Assembly (NCBI GenBank): GCA_045613925.1
Contig: JAZLBV010000011.1
Location: 4,069-68,068 of the forward strand
DNA length: 64,000 bases
Origin: Candidatus Enterousia sp.
GTDB taxonomy: Bacteria > Pseudomonadota > Alphaproteobacteria > Rs-D84
Reading direction: 5' to 3'
Below the pieces are notes generated by a model. That model was given only the letters and a program-made list of their open reading frames with translations. It had not been told where the DNA came from and ran no database searches. The position numbers and the translations under genes are program-made. Positions 49,954 through 59,577 of the stretch are shown here, in pieces (within the stretch, counting starts at the first letter, position 1; each line of letters begins with the position of its first letter).

Positions 49954-52200
49954 ATGAATTTATTAATCGTAGAATCTCCATCAAAAGCAAAAACTATTGA
50001 AAAATATCTTGGCAAAGACTGGCGTGTTGTTGCATCTGTTGGGCATGTGCGTGATTTAGTTCCAGAAAGCGGCAGTGTTGATACTGAACACGATTTTAAA
50101 CCAAAATGGCAAATTATGCCCGGTAAAGAAAAACAATTAAAAATTATTATAGATGAATTAAAAAAAGCAGATGCAATATATCTTGCATCCGATCCTGACC
50201 GCGAAGGGGAAGCTATTGCGTGGCACATAAACGATATATTGACATCGCGCGATGTGTTAAAAAATAAAAAAGTATATCGTGTTGCGTTTCACGAAATTAC
50301 AAAAAATGCGGTTATAGAAGCAATTAAAAATCCACGTGAAATTGATGATAATTTAGTGGATGCTTATCTGGTTCGGCGTATTCTGGATTATTTAATCGGT
50401 TTTGGTATATCACCGCTTTTGTGGCGACGCAATCTGGGGAAATCTGCCGGACGCGTACAAAGTGTTGCTGTGAAATTAGTTGTTGAACGCGAAAAAGAAA
50501 TTGAAAATTTCAAACCTGTTGAATATTGGAGTGTTGCTGCCAAGTGCGGGTTTAATAAAAATGAATTTGATGCTGCGCTGGTAAAATTCAATGGTGAAAA
50601 AATTGAAAAAATGACCATAGAAAATAAAGATATGGTCGATAAAATTGCATCAAGTATAAAAACCCCAACGCTTGGTGTTGTGGCCAATATAGATAAAAAG
50701 AAAGTCCAACGACGTCCATCTGCACCGTTTACAACATCTACTTTGCAACAAGAAGCTGCGCGTAAATTGAATTTTTCATCAAAGCGGACTATGGCGACTG
50801 CACAAAAGTTATATGAACAAGGTTTTATCACATATATGCGAACTGATGCTACTAATTTATCAAACGAAGCTATTAGTGAAATTCGCGAATACATAAACAA
50901 AGAATATGGAAATAATTTTGTTCCAAGTAATCCTAATATTTATATTACAAAATCTAAAAATGCACAAGAAGCACACGAAGCAATTCGTCCTACACATTTT
51001 ATCAATAATGATGTTCAACTGTCTGGAGATGAATTAAAATTATATAATTTGATTTGGAAAAGAACCATTGCGTGCCAAATGTCTAATGCACAATTTGATT
51101 CTGTATCTGTTGATATAGATGTTAAAAATTCTGTATTCCATTGTGTTGGAACTACACGGACATTTGATGGATTTATGAAAGTTTATATTGAAGATATAGA
51201 CGAAGAAAAAGAAGACAAAGAAATAAAATTACCACCATTAAATATTAATGATGAAATAGAAATAAAATCTTTAAATTGCGAACAACACTTTACTCAACCA
51301 CCTGCACGTTTTACAGAAGCATCGCTGGTAAAAAAACTTGAAGAGCTTGGTATTGGGCGTCCATCCACGTATGCAACTATTATGTCTACGATTGTCGACA
51401 GAAAATATGTTGAGCAAGATAAACAACACCGTTTTCATCCAACTGTATCCGGATGGGTGTTGGTATCTTATTTATCTGAATATTTCAAAGATTTGGTTGA
51501 TGTGAATTTTACTGCGAAAACAGAAGACACTTTGGATGATGTATCAAATGGAAATCAAAATAAATTATCTGCTTTGAATTCTTTCTGGACACCAACAAAC
51601 AAAACTATTGATTCTGTGCGTGGAATCAAGACAGCCGATATTATTGATAACATAAATAAATTTATGCATCAACATTTATTCAAAGAAACAGATGATAAAT
51701 GTCCAAAATGTGGTGGAATTTTGGGTATAAAATTATCTAAATATGGGCCATTTATTGGATGCAGTAATTATCCGACGTGTAATTATACTGTGAAATTATC
51801 TGATGATGTTATGGAAAACAAAACAGAAAATAATGATGAAACACCAAAAGAAAAAGATTTAGGTGAAAATATTATTTTCAAAATTGGAAAATATGGGCCA
51901 TATGTTACAGATGGTCAAAAAAACGCATCTGCAAAAAAATATGATATAAATACTATTACTTTAGAAATAGCCAAAGAATTATTGGCAAATGATAAAAAGA
52001 AAATAGAACCTGTTATTATCGGGAAAAATCCATCTACTGATAAACCAATATATTATTATCCAGATGGTCGGTATGGACCTTATTTATCATCTAATCGTGT
52101 AAATGTTTCAGTCAAAGAACAACCAAATTTAGACGAAGCAATTGAATTAATAAATAACAAAAATACAAATAAAAAATCTTTTTCAAAAAGGTCAAAATAA
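49954..52200 (+). CDS. topA: DNA topoisomerase I
   Basis: IVESPSKAKTI, DPDREGEAI, SAGRVQS, ITYMRTD, one C4 Zn ribbon, C-terminal GRYGPY-type repeats. Confidence 0.96.
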   Translation: MNLLIVESPSKAKTIEKYLGKDWRVVASVGHVRDLVPESGSVDTEHDFKPKWQIMPGKEKQLKIIIDELKKADAIYLASDPDREGEAIAWHINDILTSRDVLKNKKVYRVAFHEITKNAVIEAIKNPREIDDNLVDAYLVRRILDYLIGFGISPLLWRRNLGKSAGRVQSVAVKLVVEREKEIENFKPVEYWSVAAKCGFNKNEFDAALVKFNGEKIEKMTIENKDMVDKIASSIKTPTLGVVANIDKKKVQRRPSAPFTTSTLQQEAARKLNFSSKRTMATAQKLYEQGFITYMRTDATNLSNEAISEIREYINKEYGNNFVPSNPNIYITKSKNAQEAHEAIRPTHFINNDVQLSGDELKLYNLIWKRTIACQMSNAQFDSVSVDIDVKNSVFHCVGTTRTFDGFMKVYIEDIDEEKEDKEIKLPPLNINDEIEIKSLNCEQHFTQPPARFTEASLVKKLEELGIGRPSTYATIMSTIVDRKYVEQDKQHRFHPTVSGWVLVSYLSEYFKDLVDVNFTAKTEDTLDDVSNGNQNKLSALNSFWTPTNKTIDSVRGIKTADIIDNINKFMHQHLFKETDDKCPKCGGILGIKLSKYGPFIGCSNYPTCNYTVKLSDDVMENKTENNDETPKEKDLGENIIFKIGKYGPYVTDGQKNASAKKYDINTITLEIAKELLANDKKKIEPVIIGKNPSTDKPIYYYPDGRYGPYLSSNRVNVSVKEQPNLDEAIELINNKNTNKKSFSKRSK

Positions 52201-53820
52201 TTGTCAAAATTTGATAATTCCTTTACCGATGAATTAAGACAACGCTTGTCGATTGTAGACGTTGTTTCTCGCCGTATACCGCTTGTTAAACGTGGTCAAA
52301 ATTATTGGGGTTGTTGCCCGTTTCATAATGAAAAAACACCTTCGTTTGCGGTATCAGAAGATAAAGGTTTTTATCATTGTTTTGGTTGTGGTGAACACGG
52401 TGATATTATTTCATTTGTTATGAAATCTGAAAATGTTGATTTTAAAACAGCTATATCTGAATTGGCAGATATGGCGGGTGTAAAAATGCCAGAGATAAAA
52501 CAAAAATCGCAACAACAAATTGAAAATGAAGAACATTATATAAAAATCACTGATGCGGCAGCAAAAATTTATCAAGATTTGTTATATGGTGAATCTGGAA
52601 AAATTGCTTTGGATTATATAAAACGGCGCGGATTTAGCGATGAAATGATAAAAAAATATCGTATAGGTTATGCGCCCAAAAACAATACTATTTCAGCAAA
52701 ATTTTCAAATATAAACCAAGATAAACTTATTGCCACAGGGCTTGTCCGTCTTGGAAATTACGGTCCATATGATTTTTTTCGTGATAAATTGATGTTTCCT
52801 ATATTTAATGCACATAATCAAATTGTTGCTTTTTCTGGACGTTCTTTGGACGGTAGTGAGCCAAAATATATAAATACTGCTGATACAGAATTATTTCATA
52901 AACGTCAAACTATATTTGGTTTTAATTTCGCACGCGATGCAATACATCGTCAAAATCGCAGTATTGTTGTAGAGGGTCAAATTGATGCTATACAAATGCA
53001 AAATCATGGATTCCCAGAAACTGTTGCACCACTTGGTACCGCTTTGACAGAAGATCATATTGCAATGCTTTGTAAATCAAATCGAAATATTGTGTTTTGT
53101 TTTGACGGTGATAATGCAGGACAAAAAGCCGCTATACGGGCTGCTATGCTGGTTTTGCCGTTTTTACGTGAAACAAGCGATGTTAAATTTGCTTTTGTTA
53201 GTGGTGGTAAAGATCCAGATGAAATATTAAAAACAGCTGGTGAATCTGCTATGCACAAAATCATAGATAACGCAGAACCTTTGGTTGATTTCTTATGGGA
53301 TGTTGTAAATAAAAATTATCTGGTTAATACACCTGGTGGACGTACACAGGCTGAAAAATATCTGAAAGATTGTGTATCAAAAATTCAAGATAAAATATTT
53401 CAAAATGAAATTGAACAAGAGTATAACAATCGCAAATTTAATCAATGGCATAAATGGAAACAACAAAAATATACACCAATCATTGAAATGCCTGATACAG
53501 ATGTGATGACTATAAATATTATAAAATCTATTGTTCAAACATATCCTACAATTTCTGAAAAATATGTTGATTTCCTGGCATCACTTGGTATTTCGTTCGA
53601 TGAAAATGCGCAAAAAACGGATTTAAGTTCAGATGCTGCTGAAAAATTCATAGTTTCTTTTAAATTGCAAAAATATCTAAAAAAATTAGAGGATGAAAAA
53701 CAACAAATTTTATCAAATGCATTGAAAAACAATATTGATTGTTCAGAAAACCTGGCTGAAATTAATAATAAAATAAATCAAGCCAGGGAAAAATTAGAAC
53801 TTTTGTTGGATATAAAATAA
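52201..53820 (+). CDS. dnaG: DNA primase (TTG start)
   Basis: CHC2 CPFHNEKTPSF..CFGC, FRDKLMFPI, PKYIN, VEGQID, FDGD.AG..A, KDPD. Confidence 0.95.
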   Translation: MSKFDNSFTDELRQRLSIVDVVSRRIPLVKRGQNYWGCCPFHNEKTPSFAVSEDKGFYHCFGCGEHGDIISFVMKSENVDFKTAISELADMAGVKMPEIKQKSQQQIENEEHYIKITDAAAKIYQDLLYGESGKIALDYIKRRGFSDEMIKKYRIGYAPKNNTISAKFSNINQDKLIATGLVRLGNYGPYDFFRDKLMFPIFNAHNQIVAFSGRSLDGSEPKYINTADTELFHKRQTIFGFNFARDAIHRQNRSIVVEGQIDAIQMQNHGFPETVAPLGTALTEDHIAMLCKSNRNIVFCFDGDNAGQKAAIRAAMLVLPFLRETSDVKFAFVSGGKDPDEILKTAGESAMHKIIDNAEPLVDFLWDVVNKNYLVNTPGGRTQAEKYLKDCVSKIQDKIFQNEIEQEYNNRKFNQWHKWKQQKYTPIIEMPDTDVMTINIIKSIVQTYPTISEKYVDFLASLGISFDENAQKTDLSSDAAEKFIVSFKLQKYLKKLEDEKQQILSNALKNNIDCSENLAEINNKINQAREKLELLLDIK

Positions 53821-53821
53821 A

Positions 53822-54385
53822 TCAAAGCGTATTTATATTTACCAATTTTTCTATGTTTTTTGCCACATTTTTTGATAAGTTTTTATGTTTTAATATACAA
53901 TATAGTGCAAATATAGCGACACCTATAAACACATATGTTTCTTCAGGTTGAATTAAATTATACACAAATTTACTATGACCCTGGATATACAAAGTTCCCA
54001 ACGCAAGCGCAAGCATAACATACGATGAATATTTCCCTGTCGCAAATAATATACGTGCCATTTCTGTATTTCTGGAAATCTTTTTCAAAACATTTATTTG
54101 TTTATCGTTCAGATTTTGGGTTAAACCTGTTTTTTCAGCGTTTTGAAAGGTGTTTAATCCATTACCTTTGTAATAAGACACAATTGAACAAGATGATAAT
54201 GCCAATTTTTGTAAGCAATTTATATATTCGCATTTTTCATCATTTGTTAATTCTTTATCACTTTTGATTTCAGTTGCAAGTTCATTAATATCACGGATTT
54301 GCGATAAAACATCTTCTGCAGACTGACCAATATCAGCATATTTTCCACAATTTCTTTTTGGAATTTTTCTTAAAATTTTTGCCAT
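53822..54385 (-). CDS. Hypothetical protein with two C-terminal TM helices
   Basis: 187 aa, AAGGG RBS; no recognised family. Confidence 0.6.
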   Translation of the reverse strand: MAKILRKIPKRNCGKYADIGQSAEDVLSQIRDINELATEIKSDKELTNDEKCEYINCLQKLALSSCSIVSYYKGNGLNTFQNAEKTGLTQNLNDKQINVLKKISRNTEMARILFATGKYSSYVMLALALGTLYIQGHSKFVYNLIQPEETYVFIGVAIFALYCILKHKNLSKNVAKNIEKLVNINTL

Positions 54386-54454
54386 TATTTTAACCCTTGG
54401 TATTTTTGTATAAATTTATCACATATTTTTATTTTGTCAAATTAAATATAAATC

Positions 54455-54506
54455 AAAAAATTACCGGCCTTTTTGAAATTTTTTATCGAAAAGGCCGGTA
54501 TTTTTT
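54455..54506 (-). terminator. Inverted repeat downstream of ychF
   Basis: TACCGGCCTTTT ... AAAAGGCCGGTA 12-bp arms flanked by A/T tracts. Confidence 0.65.
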
Positions 54507-54512
54507 AATATT

Positions 54513-55592
54513 TTAAACATTGAACAGGAAATGGCAAATATCACCTTCTTGCATAATATATTCTTTGCCAACAAGACGCATTTTGCCGGCTTCTTTAACT
54601 GCAACTTCACCACCGTATTGAATATAATCATTTGGTGATATAATTTCTGCACGTATAAACCCGCGTTCAAAATCAGTATGAATTTTGCCAGCTGCCTGTG
54701 GTGCGGTCATACCTTTGGTAATTGTCCAAGCATGCGCTTCTTTTGGTCCAACTGTATAAAATGTTTGAAGCCCCAATGTATCATATCCTGTATGTATAAC
54801 CTGGTCCAGACCAGATTGTGATAACCCCAGTTCATTCAAAAACATTTTTCGTTCATCTATATCGATAATCTGCGCAATCTCCATTTCTATCTTTGACGAT
54901 ATTATTAACACAGGTGCAGTCTTAGAAAATTTTTCACGAACCATATCGGAATATTTATTACCGGTGCTTGCAGCTGATTCTTCGACATTACATACATAAA
55001 TTACCGGTTTTTTTGTTAATAAATTAAATGGTGTTGCATCAACATCTTGGTCGCGGGCCGGTATAGATTGTTCAAGACCCTGTTTTATTTTGATTGCAGC
55101 ATCTAACAAGACGGCTGCATTTTTATCCTGTCCATGAACCTTTTTTTCAAGTTTTTTTATTTGATTATCCAAACTTTCTATATCAGCCAACATTAATTCT
55201 GTTTCTATGGTTTCTATATCAGATAATGGGTCTATGCGGCCGTTCACATGAACTATATCATCATTTTCAAAACAACGAACAACGTGAATTATTGCATCTG
55301 TTTCAAGAATATTTGATAAAAATTTATTACCAAGACCTTCACCGCTAGATGCACCTTTGACAAGGCCAGCTATATCAACAATTTCAAGTTGTGTTGGAAT
55401 AATACGATCTGCACCAGCAATAGATGCCAATTTCAAAAGTGTTTCATCAGGAACAACTACGCGGCCTGTATTTGGTTCAATAGTGCAAAACGGATAGTTT
55501 TGTGCATCCGCAGCAGCACTTTGTGTCAATGCATTAAATAAAGTAGATTTTCCAACATTTGGCAATCCAACTATACCACAATTAAATCCCAT
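54513..55592 (-). CDS. ychF: Redox-regulated ATPase YchF (Obg family)
   Basis: GIVGLPNVGKSTLFNALT, NYPFCTIEPN, DIAGLV.GAS.GEGLGN.FL, GKIHTDF.RGFIRAE. Confidence 0.96.
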   Translation of the reverse strand: MGFNCGIVGLPNVGKSTLFNALTQSAAADAQNYPFCTIEPNTGRVVVPDETLLKLASIAGADRIIPTQLEIVDIAGLVKGASSGEGLGNKFLSNILETDAIIHVVRCFENDDIVHVNGRIDPLSDIETIETELMLADIESLDNQIKKLEKKVHGQDKNAAVLLDAAIKIKQGLEQSIPARDQDVDATPFNLLTKKPVIYVCNVEESAASTGNKYSDMVREKFSKTAPVLIISSKIEMEIAQIIDIDERKMFLNELGLSQSGLDQVIHTGYDTLGLQTFYTVGPKEAHAWTITKGMTAPQAAGKIHTDFERGFIRAEIISPNDYIQYGGEVAVKEAGKMRLVGKEYIMQEGDICHFLFNV

Positions 55593-55667
55593 ATTTTTTC
55601 ACCAATTTTTTGTTTGTTTTTTATTTATTATATTTTATTATGAATATATATTAATTCAGGATTAAAT

Positions 55668-56366
55668 ATGTCATACCTTTGGCAAGAATTCAATATAAAA
55701 ACTTTCCCGGCGGAAACTTTGGTTTTTCGTGATGGTGTTTTTTATGATGATTTATCTGATTATGAAAATGGATATTTTGATTCTGAAAAAAATTTAATAA
55801 TTATAAATAAAACTCCAAAATTGCCGGTACATATTATATATATTGGTGAAATTGCCGGGAATTTTGATATAAATGTTGATTTATCTGCACAAAATACTAA
55901 TGTTTTTTTAACAGCAAAAATAATTAACAAAAAGCCGGCCTTTTTGAACATTTTTATCAAAAACACCGGAAAAAATAGTGTATTAAAAGGACAAATTATA
56001 GCACAAAATTATAATTTGCTGAAAATAGAAGAAAAAGCACAACATTTTTGCGAAAATACCGGTATTTTCTTAAAAAATCGCATTTTGGCACATAAAAATT
56101 CAGATACAGAATTAAATGGCTATGCGATTATAGATAAAAATTTACCAAATTGTGATTCTGATGTGTCTTTTTCTGTTATGGCTGATAAAGATGCAAAAAT
56201 AAAAATGAAGCCGACACAATATATAAAATCAGTTCCAAATTCTGCAAAACATTCAGCGTCTTTATATACCCCTACAGAAAATCAAATAAATTATTTACGT
56301 GAATCTGGACTTTCTGGGGTTGAAGTCAAAGATCTTTTACAAGAGGCGTTTTTAAGCCAAGAATAA
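55668..56366 (+). CDS. SufB/SufD-like beta-helix protein (short)
   Basis: C-terminal P....H.AS......QI.YL...G motif typical of SufBD; only 232 aa. Confidence 0.55.
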   Translation: MSYLWQEFNIKTFPAETLVFRDGVFYDDLSDYENGYFDSEKNLIIINKTPKLPVHIIYIGEIAGNFDINVDLSAQNTNVFLTAKIINKKPAFLNIFIKNTGKNSVLKGQIIAQNYNLLKIEEKAQHFCENTGIFLKNRILAHKNSDTELNGYAIIDKNLPNCDSDVSFSVMADKDAKIKMKPTQYIKSVPNSAKHSASLYTPTENQINYLRESGLSGVEVKDLLQEAFLSQE

Positions 56367-56373
56367 AAAAAAA

Positions 56374-56390
56374 TACCCATGAAATGGGTA
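56374..56390 (-). terminator. rpmJ terminator
   Basis: TACCCAT-GAA-ATGGGTA; U-tract on the minus strand. Confidence 0.6.
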
Positions 56391-56413
56391 TAAAAACATC
56401 ATCCAATCGGATT

Positions 56414-56548
56414 TTATTTTCTTTTAAATCCTTGCTTTGCCTTTAACTTAGGATTAGAAGGATCAATCAAAATAACCTGTTTTCCACGGCGAATCTGTTT
56501 AATATTACCACGTTTTTTCCAGGCCTTTAACGAACTTAAAAATTTCAT
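56414..56548 (-). CDS. rpmJ: 50S ribosomal protein L36, Cys-free type B (absent from the ORF track)
   Basis: MKFLSSLKAWKKRGNIKQIRRGKQVILIDPSNPKLKAKQGFKRK; AAGGA RBS. Confidence 0.88.
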   Translation of the reverse strand: MKFLSSLKAWKKRGNIKQIRRGKQVILIDPSNPKLKAKQGFKRK

Positions 56549-56599
56549 ATCAAAATCCTTTTTGCTTTGTGCATTATAAACAAGTTTTAGAAAAAATCA

Positions 56600-56838
56600 A
56601 ATATTTATTATATTTTATTGTTTTTATTGTACCTGTTTATTGTATTAAAAACGTTTTTAAACTTTTTTTAAACAAGTTTTCAACAAAAAAATCTTTATTT
56701 TCTGGTATTTTTAGAGAAATTGTTGAAAATGTTATAATTATAAATATTGTGTTGAAAAATACAGATTTTTTAATATTTTCAACAATTTTTAATGTTTTTA
56801 CTTTTATGCTTGTTGAAAAAAGTTGAAATTGTTATAAT
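56600..56838. promoter_or_regulatory. AT-rich intergenic region with five TTTTCAACA boxes (candidate oriC or operator array) and virB3 promoter
   Basis: Boxes at 56677(+), 56721(-), 56750(-), 56776(+), 56811(-); TTTATTGT x3 at 56614-56643; TTGTTG-17-TATAAT at 56810-56838. Confidence 0.6.
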
Positions 56839-56859
56839 TGAAATAACCAGGAGAGGATT

Positions 56860-57156
56860 TTGAAACAAAAAGTTTTAAAAGCTTTGGCAAATCCGCCGCG
56901 CATATTTTATGTGCCTTATTCGTTAGCGCTTTTGAATTTTTTTGTTTGGTTTTTAACTTTTGTGGTTTCTATGGTGGTTTTTCTGATATTTACAGGAAAT
57001 ATTCCTATGTCTTTGCCACTTGTTTTTTTGGGTGTTTTATCTTTTTTTCATGCACTTTTGGGTGTTTATGCAAAAAAAGATTATCAAATTGCCCAAATTT
57101 TAATTGCAAGTTTTCAAGTTTTTAAAAATAAAATACCAAGAAGATTAGTGTCATAA
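56860..57156 (+). CDS. virB3: VirB3-like type IV secretion membrane protein (TTG start)
   Basis: 98 aa, KALANPPRIFYVPY resembling the VirB3 (A)L.RP..F.GVP motif, two TM helices, immediately before virB4. Confidence 0.75.
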   Translation: MKQKVLKALANPPRIFYVPYSLALLNFFVWFLTFVVSMVVFLIFTGNIPMSLPLVFLGVLSFFHALLGVYAKKDYQIAQILIASFQVFKNKIPRRLVS

Positions 57157-57158
57157 AA

Positions 57159-59570
57159 ATGGAAGAATTATTTAATTATTTTGCCGGTAATACAAATTCT
57201 ATGACTTTGATTTTTGTCATAGTTGCTATGTCTGTATTATTGGTTTTTATTGTGTTTTTGATGTATATTCCGGCGTTGACTAAAAAGATTTTGCCAAAAT
57301 TTGGTTATGCGAAATATTCTGATTATTTACCTTTTACCAGTGTTTATGATGATAACAGTATTGGAATCAGGGATGGTTCTTTGGTTCGGGTATATAAAAT
57401 TGCTGGTAAACAGACCAGTATGATGGATGAAAAAAATCGTGAAAAACTGCTTGATTTGCGGGCGCAATTATTTAATCAAATTCAAGATCCTGATGTTCAT
57501 TTACGCTTTTTTAGTATTCGTGATAGGGCGGATGAAAAAACCAATTATGAATTTCATCAACCTGTATTACAAAAAATATATGATAAATGGAATAACCAGG
57601 GGTTAAAGATATTTATTAATAGTTATTATGTTGTTATTTCTGTCAAAGGTCAAAATAATCGTGAAAAATTAAATCAATATTGTAATTATATTGAATCTAT
57701 ATTGTCTGCGTATGATCCAAAATTATTAAAACATAATGGTGTTGATAACATAGCAACATTTTTTGGTCGCATTTTATCACCTGTTAGTAAACCTGTGTTA
57801 AAAAGATGTGATGGTGATATTGCAAGTTTAGTTGCTGTGGATGATGTAGAATTTTTGAAAAATGGGATTATAAAGTATTCCAGCGGTAATAAAGCATATT
57901 ATGCAGCTGCGTTGTCTTTTAAAGTTGCACCAGATTATTTAGATGAAGAATTTTTTAATTCTGTTTTAACAATTCAAAACGAAATGATTTGTATGAATGG
58001 TTTTCATATTTTAAGACCAAATGATGTAGAAGCTTTGATTCGTCAACATCGTTCGACTATGACAGAAGAAAATCAATTATCAACAATAGAGCAAATAAGT
58101 GAAGCCCAGATATCTTTGGATGAAAATATAACAGGGGCACAGACTTTGGTTGATTATTATCCGTTGTTTATGTTGTTTGGATATAATCTGGATGAACTTG
58201 ATGATAGTATATCTGAATTTAAAAAGATTTGTGCATCGTTTGGTGTTGCACCTGTGGTTGAAAATTTTGCAGCCAAAGTTTCATTTTTTGCACAAATCCC
58301 TGGTTTTGATATTTTCCCACGCAGTTTTAAGATGTTGTCAAAGACTGCCGCTGTAAGTATACCTTTGTCTACTATGCCAACGGGTATAAAAAATAGTGAT
58401 TGGGGTCCGGGACCTTTGGTTGTATTTCCAACCGCGCAAGGTACACCATATCAATTTCAATTCCATGTTTCTGATAAACCGGCGGCGGTGGGACATACTT
58501 TGACAATTGGGCCAACTGGTGGTGGTAAGACAACTTTGTTCTCGTTCTTGATTGCTCAGTCATTAAGACATCAAAAGTTGAAAGCGTTTTTCTTTGACAG
58601 AAATAAAGGTGCAGAAGTATTTACTTTGGCCGTGGATGGAAAATATATAACTATGAATGGCAAAGAAAAAGATTCTAAAAAAGATGTATTTTTAACACAT
58701 TTGAATCCATTAAAAATGCCTGATACAGCTGCAAATCGTGCGTTTTTAAGACGTTGGTTGTCTATGATAACTGGGCAAAATGATGTTTTATCTAATGATG
58801 AAATTGCGCGTGCTGTGTCTGTTAATTTTGATTATTTATCAAATAAAGATAGATTATTAAAAAATCTTTACGAAAGTTGTTTTTCTTCGAATGGAACCAT
58901 GCGTGGTGAATTAAGAAAATGGGTAGATCCATTGCAATATGGTGATATTTTTAATGAAAATGAAGATACTTTGGATTTAAATTCTCGGTTAACCACTTTT
59001 GATTTTACTGAGATTTTACAAGATGAAGTTTTAGCGCCTGCGGTTATATCTTATATATTACATAGAATTAATAATATAACTGTGTCTGGGGGAAATCCAT
59101 CGTTGATTATGATTGATGAAACAGCGCCTATGTTAGAAAACAAAATGTTCCGCGATAGTTTTGTTGCAGGATTACAAGAAGGTCGTAAGAATCGCCAGGC
59201 CTATATGGTTGCTTTTCAGCGTGCAAATGTTTTAGATAAACTTGGGATAGGTGATGTTGTTCGTGGCCAGACCCAGACTGTGTTATTCTTCCGTAATCCG
59301 GCGGCAGATGTTTCTGATTATGAAAAATGGAATTTGAATCCTTTGGAAATGGCATTTATTCAGGGCAAAGCATATCCAAATCTTAAACGTGCTGTGTTGT
59401 TATTACGTCGTGTTAATAATGAATCTGTTATTTTAAATACAGAATTAGGCGGGCTTGGTAATTTATTACGGTTGTTTGAATCTGGGCGTAAATCTGTGCT
59501 TTTGGCAGAAGAATTATACAAAAACTATGGCGATAGTTTTGTTTCGGAATATCTTAAAAAACAGGGATAA
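57159..59570 (+). CDS. virB4: VirB4 family type IV secretion ATPase
   Basis: 803 aa, GHTL.IGPTGGGKTTL Walker A, FFDRNKG, IMIDE Walker B, GRK, LN..E. Confidence 0.9.
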   Translation: MEELFNYFAGNTNSMTLIFVIVAMSVLLVFIVFLMYIPALTKKILPKFGYAKYSDYLPFTSVYDDNSIGIRDGSLVRVYKIAGKQTSMMDEKNREKLLDLRAQLFNQIQDPDVHLRFFSIRDRADEKTNYEFHQPVLQKIYDKWNNQGLKIFINSYYVVISVKGQNNREKLNQYCNYIESILSAYDPKLLKHNGVDNIATFFGRILSPVSKPVLKRCDGDIASLVAVDDVEFLKNGIIKYSSGNKAYYAAALSFKVAPDYLDEEFFNSVLTIQNEMICMNGFHILRPNDVEALIRQHRSTMTEENQLSTIEQISEAQISLDENITGAQTLVDYYPLFMLFGYNLDELDDSISEFKKICASFGVAPVVENFAAKVSFFAQIPGFDIFPRSFKMLSKTAAVSIPLSTMPTGIKNSDWGPGPLVVFPTAQGTPYQFQFHVSDKPAAVGHTLTIGPTGGGKTTLFSFLIAQSLRHQKLKAFFFDRNKGAEVFTLAVDGKYITMNGKEKDSKKDVFLTHLNPLKMPDTAANRAFLRRWLSMITGQNDVLSNDEIARAVSVNFDYLSNKDRLLKNLYESCFSSNGTMRGELRKWVDPLQYGDIFNENEDTLDLNSRLTTFDFTEILQDEVLAPAVISYILHRINNITVSGGNPSLIMIDETAPMLENKMFRDSFVAGLQEGRKNRQAYMVAFQRANVLDKLGIGDVVRGQTQTVLFFRNPAADVSDYEKWNLNPLEMAFIQGKAYPNLKRAVLLLRRVNNESVILNTELGGLGNLLRLFESGRKSVLLAEELYKNYGDSFVSEYLKKQG

Positions 59571-59577
59571 TTTTGCT

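Noticed and set aside
56569-56826. 85-aa ORF in the rpmJ-virB3 gap (possible VirB2)
   Set aside because: Low-complexity F/I/K/N translation of AT-rich regulatory DNA; lacks pilin signal and Gly/Ala-rich helices, and has no RBS
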